Shown here piece after piece: positions 37,530-50,200 of a stretch of 64,000 bases of DNA. The position numbers and the translations under genes are program-made. Under the pieces are notes generated by a model, which worked only from the letters and a program-made list of their open reading frames with translations, was not told the DNA's origin and made no database searches. Position 1 is the stretch's first letter. The number at the start of each line of letters is the position of its first letter. Source of the stretch: Sphagnum compactum (lineage: Eukaryota); the NCBI GenBank assembly GCA_965153455.1, contig OZ234494.1:7626001-7690000 (forward strand), given 5' to 3'.

Positions 37530-40500
37530 CCAAGGCATCTGAAAGATCGTTGTCATTGAAATCTAGAGTATCTAAACAACAAATTGAAGGACAAAAAAAA
37601 AGTTTTAGTGAATGAAATTTCTCCTCAGGCAGGGAAAGGAACAAGTGGAAACCATGGAAAACAAGGGAACCAAAATCAAGGAAGTTTTTTGGTCTATTGT
37701 TGTTTCATTTGTAATTCACTGGAACACAAGATTTATGACTGTCCCCATAAATCAACAACACAATAGATGTTCTGAAACAAAGTCCCCCATGCAAAACCAA
37801 AAAAGGACAAGGCCGCTATCAACATGGTTTTAGTTGTTCCAACCAAGGGCCATAACCTAGGATTGGTGCTATCGTGGGAAAAAAAGCCTCAAAAGACCAA
37901 AACTGTGAAAGATTGGGAAAAGGAAGAATAATTGCAAAAGACCTTGAATTAGTCATCTAACAAATGTAAGCACCAAAAACCACATTGGAATATCATCGAG
38001 GAGCCAACCATTAATGCAAGAGTCATTTAGACCATTGAAAATTGGAACCAATTTTGTTGATGATGGAATAATTACCGAAAAACAAGATGTGCTCCAGGAA
38101 ATTGGTCAAAAATTATTGAGTAGTAAGCATATTTTTACTCTTTGTCAACTCATGCATTTAGCCCTTGATTTAAAACAGTACGTGGTTTCTAGTGTATTTC
38201 CCAGTAGCCAACCAATCCATCCTCAAGGTCCACCTTTTGATGTAGGTTCATTTGCCATGGATCCTCACATGGTAGTAATCCAGGTGCACGTGGGGAAAAA
38301 AATAGTGGAGGATGTCCTATTGGATGGGGGGTCGAGTGTCAACAATATCACTGAGGATTTTAGGAAAAAATTAGGAATACCTATTTTGAAACTTGCACCC
38401 AATACCCATAGGATAACAAACCAAACCTTAACCAAACCAATAAGGTTAATCCGAAATCTGAGAATCCATATCCATGGTGTTTCATATGTTGTCACATTTA
38501 TAATGATGAAAAACAACATACTGTATGCCAGTTACTCCATGTCTATGAGATGTTAAGGTTATGCACAATTGGGGGAATAACCTCATAAGCATTGAGGGTA
38601 ATGGCACTGTCTGCACCATAGTAGTAACAAAACATTTGGATAACAACACTAAACATCGAGAACTCTTGCTCTGCTATGTTTTTTTAATGGAGTAATAGAT
38701 GAGGAAGAAAATGTGTTCTTAGCGGTCGAACCGAATTTGTTTGCAATCAACACAATTACTTTACCATAATTGTTAATTTTGGTGGTGGTGGTGGTTGATG
38801 CAAAAATAATACAAATACAATAATGGGTACTGATACTAAAATCGGTACCTAGGAATCGATTTTTGATTTCCCCCACACAACGAAAGAAATTTTGGTAGAC
38901 ATTATGCCAATAGGATTCAAAGTGAAGGACATGAAAATAGCAAAGTGGAATCTATCAAAAGAGGTTTAAATTCACCCTCTAAATTTGGGTACTCATGACG
39001 AACTCCAAATGGTGAAGTTGAATGTTGATTTGGACTCTTCTGTAGTAGATGTAATAGAACAACTATTGAAATATTACAAAGATGGAGTTTTTACATGGAT
39101 GTACAAGGATCTAAGAGGTATTCCACCTCACCTAGCATAACATTGAATTGAGCTCGATACCAATATTCCTACATCACATCAAGCACAATATTGGATGAAT
39201 TCGAATTATGTTGTGGTTGTGAAGCAAGATTTGGACAAGTTGTTAGTTGCAAGATTCATCGTTTTAGTGGAGGAGGCAACTTGGCTTTCTCACATTATGG
39301 TGGTACCCAAAAAAAAATAGGAAACTTCGTTTTTGTGTTTTCAAAAATTGAACATTGCCACACAAAAAGATCCCTATCTTTTATCTTTTATGGAGGAAGT
39401 ACTAGATATGGTGGCAGGGCATGAAGTCTACTTATTTTTGGATGGCTTTTCAGGTTATCATCAGATAATGATTGCCCCTTAAGACATGTACAAAATTGCC
39501 TTCATTACAGATTGTGGAATGTTTGTTTGGATAGTCATGCCCTTTGGATTGAAAAATGTTCCACCAACCTACCAGCAGGCAGTGAGTATGGCATCTTGTG
39601 AATACCTTGGGGTGTTCATGAAATTGTTCTTGGATTATTTCAGTGTATTCAACGACCTCAACACACACCTTGCCAAACTTCGGTTGTGTTTTGACAAATG
39701 TCACGAATTTGGTATTAGTCCGAATTCAAAGAAGTGCATGCCTTTGGTTTACTCAAAGGTCATACTTGGGTATGTCATCTTTAAGGCAGGGAAATTACCT
39801 AATTTGAGAAATATTTTGGCAATCGTGAATATGCCTGCACCGAAAACACCAAAGGACATACAAGTCTTCAATGGGATGGCCCAATTTTACTAATGTTTCA
39901 TCAAGAACTTTGCCTTCATTATGACCCCCATCATGAAGCTTTTACACACAAAAAAGGTGTTTTAATGGACTACTGAATGCCAGGAAGAGTGGGAGGCCAT
40001 AAAGCAATGGTATTTGGATGCACCAATTTTAGTTGCACCTAGATGGGACATGGAATTTCATGTCTGCACAGATGCGTCGAATTTGGCAGTCAGGGCCATG
40101 CTGGCTCAAAATCCTATTGGAAAATGTGATCAGATAATTGCATATGTTTCCAGACTTTTAAACAATGCGAAGAAAAACTACACCACCATTGAAAGGGAGG
40201 CACTCGCCATGGTTTATGTTTTACATAAATTTAGACATTATCTATTGGGAAATAAGTTTATTTTCTACGTGGACCACATGGCATTATTGTACCTTGTAAA
40301 AAAACCTCAACTATTAAGATGAATTATGAGGTGGCTATTATTATTTTTGGAATACAATTTTTGGGTGGTGTACAAACCAAAGGGCTCTTGTTATGTGGTA
40401 GACGTTTTCTCACGACTTCCTAATGTTACTGAAAATCTGGGATACTTGATAGAATTACTAACGCCTCACTATTTATACTTTAATTAGAATGGCTGCAGGA

Positions 40501-43500
40501 AGTGCATACCTACATCTCTATCGGAAATTTTCCAAAGGGATATTCCATAGAACAATGGAAGAAACTAATGTCAAAGGCCTTGCCCTTTATCATCATCAAT
40601 GGATAGTTGTACAAATAAGGGCAAGATTCAAACTTGTGTCGATGTTTGCATGATGATGAGATTTTGGTAATCCTTTGGGAAATGCATGGAGTTAGTGGTG
40701 GACATTTTTCAACAGACATCACAATCTAAAGGTGCTAGATGCCAAGAATTGGTGGCCAACTCTGCACAGGGATGCATAGTAGCATTATTAATCCTGTAAT
40801 GTTTGCCAATAAACCAGAAATCTTTTACATACCTTAATGGTAAAGTCGATCAGCATGCTCCCAACTAAACCATTCATGAAATGGGGTTTGGATTTCATTG
40901 GCCCCATTAAGCCCATGAGTCGCTCACAAGGTAACCAGTACATTTTGGTAGTTACCAATTATGCAACAAAGTCATGGGTGGAGGTAAAAGCGTTAAAGAC
41001 TAACATGGCTACAGTCATAACTCAATCCATTTATGAATTCATTCTAATTAGGTTCGATTACCTTTTCATTTTGGTTAACGACCAAAGTACCCATTTTATC
41101 AATGATGCCATTGAGATCCTTACCACTCATTTTCTATTTTGGCACACTAGCTCTACGATTTACTACCTTCAGAGAAATGGTCAAGTCAAATCTACCAATA
41201 AGGTTTTGGGTTGTTGTTTGGTAGATGTGAATTAAATCCTTGCAAAACTATTCCACATTTATTGTAACAATAAATTTGCATTACAATATGCACACATTCA
41301 CAATTCCTGCCTTGATTCTAAACACACATGTTTATGCAATTCATTAAAACACCATATTCGTGGTTATTCCACATACCCAAAATTTGTACTTCAAGATACA
41401 ATGTAAAAAAACTAAAAACATAATTACAATTCAGTTTTTTATATTTTTTATACTTTATAGAATTCACACAACAATCTGAATATGAAAATCACTACAAAAG
41501 TTTGTACTTCTCTTGTTTACTGAAAACTTCAATCAAAATACAACAAAAAATTCCATGTTTTGTTGAAATGAAATCAAACAACAAGATTAAATATGTGGTA
41601 TATCAAAAACAAAGTCTAAAGTTTATATTACAAAGTACCTACATCTATTTCATTATATTAAAACAATGTGTCTAGAAATGAATATCATTTTCCCAAAACT
41701 CCGAACTTTGGGCAATCCCTAATTCACTATCAACATGATTCAAAATTAAACAAGAATTCAAAATTTAAACCTCCAATTTGCAATGATCAATCCCTATCCT
41801 TAATGCCTTGTTCATCCAAAACAATGTAATCAGCCTACCCCTTTAACATTATTGACCAAACTAGTCAATGAAAATCACACAAATTGGAATGAACATCTCC
41901 ACACTGTTCTGTTTGCCTACAAGATAGCTTCAAGGTGGGCATAGGTCATATTCCTTTTTGGTTGGTGTATAGATTACATGCGTTGATGCCTATCAAATAT
42001 TTGCTACCTATGACTAATTTTGCAATGTCTCAAGATTTTGCCATGACATGGGTACTTAATACTTGATTGTCCAAATTAAGAAAGTTGGAGGAATCCTAGT
42101 CACTTGTAGTAGAAACCATAGGCCGATGATAATGGAATCATGCGTTGTGGACACATAAGTCCTTCTCCCTTGGCAACCATGTGCTTTGGTTTCCAAACGC
42201 ATGCAAGGAACACATAGGCAAGTTCAAACAATGTTGGTTTGGACCATACAAGATTTAATATTGTATATTTAACAATACAACACTTCTAGTGACTATAAAC
42301 AAATTTGACCCCAACCTATTTTAGTCAACATCAATAAACTAAAGCCTTACCGATTCTAGAACACAACTGCTTCTAGAGGATTGGATTCAATAGTCAAAAG
42401 GGGGAGGGATATACCCAACACCGAAATAGGGTTCAACACTATAACCTTGGAGAATACACAAAGTACATGCAATTTTTTTCATTTTTGGTGGATGGAACCA
42501 AAATCCACGACTTAGAACCAGAGTCAAAGATTTGATGGTTGGAATCGAAACCTAAGACTCACAAATGGAACCGAAATCCAAGAATCACAACTTGGAACGG
42601 AAGTCAAAGATTTAGTAGTTGGAACCAAAATTCAAGCCTCACCAGCTGGAACCAAAAACTTGGAAAACCCAATTGGAATCGAAATTCATATCATAGGGAT
42701 TAGAAATGAAAATTTGTTGCCAACCAAAAGTTCATGTCCCAAGGTGTGGATGAGTTCAACCACGCCAAAATTGATGTTAAAATGTCAACTTTCCTACAAT
42801 TCTTGCTACATTTGCCTATGTGGTGCCACTTTAATGGCATGTAAATCATGGAAAGTTGTGCTTATTGAATAATGTGGATATTGAAAAATCTAAATTGAAT
42901 CAAACAAAATTCCAATACCAAATTTTGGTTTGAATAAAGGATGATTAACATTTTCATTCAATGACACTACTTTCATAAAAGGCCCTTTAAAATTCATAAT
43001 ACACTTTATTTCATCCTCAAATTTTTTATAGGAATAGGGTATTATTAGACACATCTAAAAAACACTCAAATTTTCATATGTTTTTGATTTTATGTTTATA
43101 AAAAATTAAGGTTTAAGAAAAATTCATGAGTCTTTTTTGACATGGAAATGTGATGCAATGTATAAATGTTTAAAGAAAACTTGTAGCTTATAACATAAAA
43201 AATTAAACTTGAAAGTGTTAACATGTTTTGGTATGATTTGAAATTATGAAAAATTCTCAAGACGAAACACAAAATCTAGCAAAAGTTGTGCATTTTCAAA
43301 AATTTGTATTTCTCCAAATTTGATTGTAAAAAAAAAAGACATATTGAGGCACCTATAAATACAATATATAAAAAGTTTCAAAACATTTCATTTGAAAATT
43401 CCTCTTTAGGAAAACATGTTTTTTGGGAAAAAGGACCCCAAAAAGGATAATAGTCCTAAATGCAAAGTAAACACACTAGCTTGTTATATGTCATTTGGAC

Positions 43501-46100
43501 CCCCTAGAACTAAAATCTAAGATTCAAAGCAAACAATCAAAATTCTTGACTTAGGGCCATTACGCAAGTTAGCCAAAATTGCTAAGTCAAGGAATACTAG
43601 TCAAATTTTGGATCTCAAATATCCAAGAGTCGATTCCTACACTTCAAAATTAGTTGTCAATTTTGTCAATGTAAAATTGGTGGATGAAATTAAAATGTGC
43701 CTTCTTGCATTATTGGCAAGTTTGTTTATTTGTCGAAACAATATCCAATGAAAAAGAACGTAGAAATGACAACAACGAATCGATGTTGCGTTTTAGCAAC
43801 AACGCATGTTTGAAATCCAATGAAAAAGTACAACGCATTGCCCAAATTGGTATCCAAGAATTGATGCCACAGTTTGTAAACAACACAATTATTTCTGGAA
43901 ATAATTTGGCTGGCCCACCAAGTAAAAATGTTGGACCCTTTCTCCCATTTCACCCTTTGAATTTTCTTTTCTCTCATTCCCTTCAAGTCGTTCCTAGTAT
44001 AGAAATTTGGTATATCCACCAAGAGGTTAATTTTCAACAAAATGAGAGGAAGAGTGAGTAAGGAGGAGGCTGAAAGGCTTGTGTAACAAGAGAGAGATAG
44101 GCATAAAGTTGTTGCTGAGCAAAAAGATGAAGAGGAGGGAACCGAAATGGAAATAGAATTGGAAACAAAGAAAAAAGAATGATAGTTAGTCTTTCCAATG
44201 GAGGTAGGATCATGTTTAGCCAAATGGACAAGTTCTAGCATTGGGGGCTAATAGAGATGTAACATGGGTGTGTATGATTGGGTTTTTCAATTTGACGACG
44301 TTCAAGTTGACACCCATACAACATGTGGTCAAAGAATTTTTGCACTCATTAGTTTAGTTGAATGTAGATGCAATATAATATGTTGTGTAGGGAATTTCCA
44401 TATTCATTAGTGAAAATCTTGTCACGAAGATGTTGTGTCTGTCTCAAGCCGAAATCACGAAGCCACTTGAGATGTGATGTGCAAAAGTAGTGAACTTCTG
44501 CATTCAAATGGCGCCACTCCCCCGAACTTCAATTCTAGTGGGACCCAAACAATGTCCCTTCCTTGAAATGCAAAGGCATCATTTTCGATATTTTTTTTCA
44601 CACCCTTGGTTTGGTTGGGACAAAACCTCCACCAAAAAGGGAATCCCTTCCCTGGTAGTCCTCTTTGTAAGGTTTGGAGGACCACCTGCACGTTTTTGGT
44701 ACCTATGTGTAGACGATAGGCATGTTACGGCATGCTTTTGAGGTAACCAATATTGATAAGGAGGCTGCGTTGGAAGATGTTCTCAATGCAAAGGCCGAGG
44801 TCTTACGTTTGAAGAACGAGTTATCTTAAACACAAACACAAGCTTGGTAGGATGCCTTGACAATCCAAGCATTGGAGTTTACTAAGTCCAACTTTGTGGG
44901 TATGCAAGTTCAATTGGACAAAACTCTTACTAAAAATGAAGAGTATCCTGCTCAACTCCTTACCTTCCAGAACAGGCTGTCCATTATTGAGGCTGATCTA
45001 AACTATTTACAAGTTGAAAGGCAAGAGTTGGAGGTTGAGTACCAAAGAGTGGAGATGAACCAAAAATCATTGGAACTTGTTGTTGCCATGGATGCACGCA
45101 AGCTCAGAGTTACAACATAATGAGCCAAGCATTTCGAAAAGGAGAATGCTGACTTAGACGCAAAGCTACACTCCCAAATGAACAATTTGAGGGAGTTTAT
45201 TGAAACCATTAAATGCCTACAACTAAGTATCAAAGAGCTATTGTGCCATGCTCCCATCATTCAAGAACAATTGGAACACATGTAGTAGCAAATTCAGTTG
45301 GTTACCCGGAAGTCCGAAAAAACATATTACATCTTCCACCAAATGGCCAAGTTGGAAGGGATTAGAACAAAAATGCTTTCATAAAAGTAAAGCTCCTCAT
45401 TTATCAACAGAAAGTTAAGAAGAATTGGGTTAAACAGTGGGAGTTCTACAAGGCATAGATTATCAACATTCTAAACGAGACCTTTTCCAATTACTAAAAA
45501 GACGAGGACTTGTACAAACTTTGGTTAGCCACATATGCCCAAGTCTTCCCCAACTTTGTCTTACCTTTTTTGTTGTTCCCTTTCCAGCTAAGACGCCATC
45601 AAGAACCACATTTGGGACAATCAATATGGGAGGAGCAGAAGAAGGAATCGGAACCATGACGGAGGTGGATTCCATTGTTGTAGAAGTAGCAACAAAAAGA
45701 CACTATTGAAGTTGCCATCAAAATTGTGCATCCCTTAACCTTGTTTACCATTGTAGCAAGGGAGGAGGTTACCTTTAGCAAGGGGATGAAATCGGAATTG
45801 CTCTTATGGTATAGTAGATAATAAGAGTACTTGATCTTATGGACGTGATCCAAAATAAAAGGGAAGATAATGTTAAGGTTAGAAAAAAATTTAAGCTAGT
45901 TTTGAGGTGTTATAGTTTTGGAATCAAAAATTAAACTTTATCGATTTTATGTTACCAACGATTTTACATTATTGTCGATTTTATGTTACCATCAATCTTA
46001 CAATAGAATTGACGTATGTACATAAATGATTTTGAGAAGTTGTTTATTAGAACCTAAAAATTAATTATCACCTTTGATTTCAGTTCCAATTCTAGTTGTT
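37530..46100 (+). mobile_element. Degenerate non-chromoviral Ty3/gypsy LTR retrotransposon (gag-PR-RT-RH-INT, extra 3' ORF, PPT, start of 3' LTR) with internal insertions
   Basis: Zinc knuckle CFICNSLEHKIYDC (~37700). Protease VLLDGGSSVN (~38315). RT LDGFSGYHQI, MPFGLKNVP, FLDY (39430-39640). RNase H CTDASNLAV, YTTIEREAL (40060-40210). Integrase KWGLDFIGP (~40880), WFGPY (~42240), VNINKLKPY (~42330). PPT AAAAGGGAAGATAA at 45857-45870 is followed by TGTTAAGG. Many stops and frameshifts. The right boundary is approximate, and linking the 3' part to the pol part is inferred. Confidence 0.8.
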
Positions 46101-47280
46101 GGATAAGGTTGGGTAACTTGGAGTTTAGGAGAATTTTTAGGGATTTTCATTTTTTTAGGACCCCCATCATTTTCTTACGAGTTTGAAGTCTTCTTTTGAG
46201 GAAGCTTGAAAGGTGTTTTTTCTGATCTTTGTTTTGATGCAATTGTAATGTAATATTTTGCATTTTGAAATTATTCAAATGAAGTGAGTTTTGTTTTTGC
46301 TCAAGTTTTTGTTTTGCAAAGTGTGTTAGAGTTGTATTTCCTACTTGTTGTTTTGACTGTCAGCTTTGGAGATGCTGTAGAATTGATTATTATTATTTAC
46401 TTCTTTTCTTAAGAAAAAGTGGTAGGCTATTTACCTAACTGTTTTCCCCATGCTTTAAAATGACTATTTGTCACTAAACACTAGCAGACTTGAAGTGTTC
46501 AAGTCTGTACCGATTTTCAATCAAGTGCCCAAAAGAATTCACTGGGTGGGCCTAATAAGTTAGTATGACCTAAACAAATTATCATCAAGTAACTTTGTTA
46601 GATCTTGATATCCTAAAGAAAAATTTAAAGGCACTTCATTCACAAACAATAAGTTAGGTGATGATGGATGAACTTCATCCATGATGAACTAAAGTTAAGT
46701 TGTAAAAATAGATTGAAACTTAAGCTAAATGGATTTTTTTACAATTTAAAAAGAATGTATGTTTCAAAGTTGAATATCAAATTTGGAAAACATTCAAGAA
46801 ATAACAAATGCACTACAAACATACAAAGTTTCTTCAAATAAGATGATAAGTTGAAATTTTATTAATTGTTACAACCATTTTAGAACATACATTGAGGGTA
46901 TTGTTTGAAAGAAACACAAAAAGGCATGTGGTAATACAATGACCTTGACCACATATTTTTAGGTGTTTTTTGTGGTTAATTTCTTCTACACAAAATACAT
47001 CAGTAGAATCTTCTGATCTTAAAATTGGGATGCCCTTAGAAGCTAATTGAGGTGAAAGAGATGAAAATTATTTCTTGCAAAATATTATTGTAGTATAATC
47101 TAGAAGAAGGTCCACTAAAATCCTACAATATGTGCACAATAGAGGAGGAAAACCAAGATTAGACTCCATATTACATAAGGATTCATATGCACAAAAAGAT
47201 GATTGATCAACTGTTCCACAAATGATTTTCTGATTTAAGGACAAAACATATATAAGATTAAACTTCTCCTACTTTGCAAT

Positions 47281-50200
47281 TTAAAACACAGGGCATCCAG
47301 TAATATTAATGCCAGGTTGTGTAGGGCAATTGGCATATGTGCATCCATCAATATTGGTACCCCACCATGTAATGGAAATATTCTCGAGGCCAAGGGAGAG
47401 GTACATCAAGACTCCCATGAAGGCTAGCCCTGCGTCAAGTGCTCCGGATAAAACATAATTGTATCGAGTCCACCAATTTTTCTGGTATTTGAATATGACA
47501 TAGTTGAAAATGAATGCCATGAGGAACCATGAATTATAATTCACCGCGGTTGCTGGTGGCATCATCCCCGTAGCCCCAAGTAAAATTGGCATATTGACTA
47601 ATGTGAATAATTTCACCTTTGGATAACACCTGTGGAGGAGGTACATGGGTACAGGGGCTAGGAACCCACCAAGGAAAAACCAATTTATGGCCCAGTATTC
47701 TCCAAGCGATCCAAATATGCGCTTTGGACCCACAAGGCCCCAAATGACTGATGCGTCAAAAAACACCCTATCACTTGGGCATGTCCATGGACTACTCGAG
47801 GGTAATACATTGATGTTACAAATGTTGGGTATAGTTGTGAGGAGCCACCATGCCACTCCCATGTTTACCACTGCCGCTACCATTGTCCCAACAATCTGAA
47901 CCCCCAACAAATTCACTCCTTACTTCCAGTGCATTTTCTGGGTGTTTGTAGGAATTTTTTGACATTCAAAACAGAAAAAAACTCATTACCCACTTGGCCT
48001 ACATACGCATACACCTAGAAGTGGAGAATTTGGGCCCAAAAAAGGAAAAAAGAATGATGATGTTGTGATGATAAACATCACTTTACGTCAATGAGGAATG
48101 ATTTCTAAATATCCTCTCAAATCATATCAAAGTATCATTAGTTAAGAGTACATTCCTTCCACCCCAAAAAAACCAAAGACTTGTGTTCCTTCAACTTATA
48201 ACAATCTCAAGGCGGTACCCCCCCCTTTGTCATTTTAGGGCACCTCAGAAGGGAGGATTCCTGCTCATAGGCCTGTTGGGGGTTTCTTGTAAGGAGCAGG
48301 AATTCCGGTGTAAGACCCCGCTGCAGCGAGAATTCCACCAAGATCCCCTAAGGTAAGAACTTACTAAGAACTTACTGTTGCGGGAATTCCACCCTAAGAT
48401 CCCCTAAGGTAAGAACCCACTGTAGCGGGAATTCCACCACAAGAGCTCATTATACCAGGAATTCCAACATAATATCCTTGTTTGTTAAGAAGGGGGGACA
48501 CTCCAGTCCGGGCATTATGCCCTAGACCTCAGGCTCCACCCTTGGTTTCCAAGACATAATGTCCTGACTCGAATGCCCTATACAAACAAACCCAATTCAT
48601 TGAATGTCAAGATCTTTTATTATCAATTTTTTCAGGTACACTTTCGTGCACGGTTATTGTCCAAGGCCATGGGCATTACATCGCATAAAAATTGACGATT
48701 TTTTCAGTAAATGTTCTCCAAATACACTACAAATCTTGTAAGAGTTTTTACATCAAGGCTAATGTCCTTACCCATAATTTGGACTCTTTTTGTTACATAT
48801 AAGTAAGTAGTATTGAGCAAGAGGCGCATTTCATAAATATAAGAAAATGACCTTAGTGATTTGCTTTTAGTGAAATTTGAGTATAATTGGGTTGATGACA
48901 TCTGAAAGTTGCCAGGGTGGGGGAAAGGAAAAAGGTTCTTGGAAATTTTCAAAATTTGCACACAGCAATGAAAGAAGTATAAAGATAGAACATGAAATTG
49001 ATAGAAGCAATAAGGTTGGTGAGATGTAGTTGGGCACCTGGACAATAAACATAGAGCGGGGAGGGATTTTCATGTAATGCCCAAGCTTGAAATCTTGCAA
49101 AAAGCTTACAGCCTGCAACATGCTTATGTACCCATATGTTTTGAAGCAGACATTTGCAATAGGCTGGCCTGGCAAAATGTAGCCCATCATGTATTCGGTA
49201 ATAACATTCAAACCTGGAACCTGTATAACCAAAAAAAGCTACTTGCATTAGAACCACTAGTGATTGACAAAATTTCACTAGACTGGGAGATCAGGAAGTT
49301 GCATCTGGGTTCTCTTGATGTTGAGGAGTGTGCTAACTACCTACCATGTAACAATCTGAAAGACTTTTGTGAGTGTCACTGGAGGGCACCTTACCTAGCA
49401 TAAGATTACCTCCACATAACAGCTCGAGCATTCCCCAATTTTCATAACCACCCCCACCCCCATTGGCTATTTCAAGAGAAAAAAATCTGCAAGGATTTTC
49501 ATGGGTTTTTAGCCCATTGCCTTAGGCTTCACCTACCATTGAAATCAGAAGAACATATTCAAAGCCCAACTATAGTATCATTGTTTTACTCTCTGATAAT
49601 ATGAACCTATGGGATTATGTGACACACCACCCATCAGTGCACCATCCATTGGAAGACTGATATGACTCAGTTGTGAAAGTGTTTCATATCCACACACCAT
49701 CCGTCCTGCATGGTGCACTTGTGGGTGCTGGTTGACTCTGACCCAAATTGTTGTAGCAAATTGGTAATGTATTTTTTACCTGATTGGTGGTGGCTGCGAT
49801 GACTCCAACAGGGAGAGTGAAAAAGGAGGCAAGGGCACAGGCCAATAATATTCCCCACCATGGTAACTGGAGCTGAGACTTGTAGCCTTCAACAGTTGCT
49901 ATAGAAACAGCAATGCCAAGGACCATAAGAATGAGAAACCACCAGTTGGGAATGTCTGTGTAGCGTCGCATCAGCCGAGTATGCACGTCAACTTCATTGG
50001 CCTTCAGTGCCGTCCGAGTACGCAGCCATATTTCCCTGCTCAGCATTTGCATGGAACAGCAGTAGCCACAAGCCAAAGAGGCTCTCTCTCCATTAGAATT
50101 GCCAAAAGGTCATCTGTTCTCTGTCTCTAATTGTTTTTCTCACTTTTTCACATGCCGAGAACTTAAAGAAAATTCCTTACTTAAGAATGCAAAAATACAT

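Noticed and set aside
48255-48470. CRISPR-like array (palindromic repeats with spacers)
   Set aside because: The intervening sequences are themselves repeated, spacing is irregular, there are no cas genes, and it lies in a eukaryotic intron.
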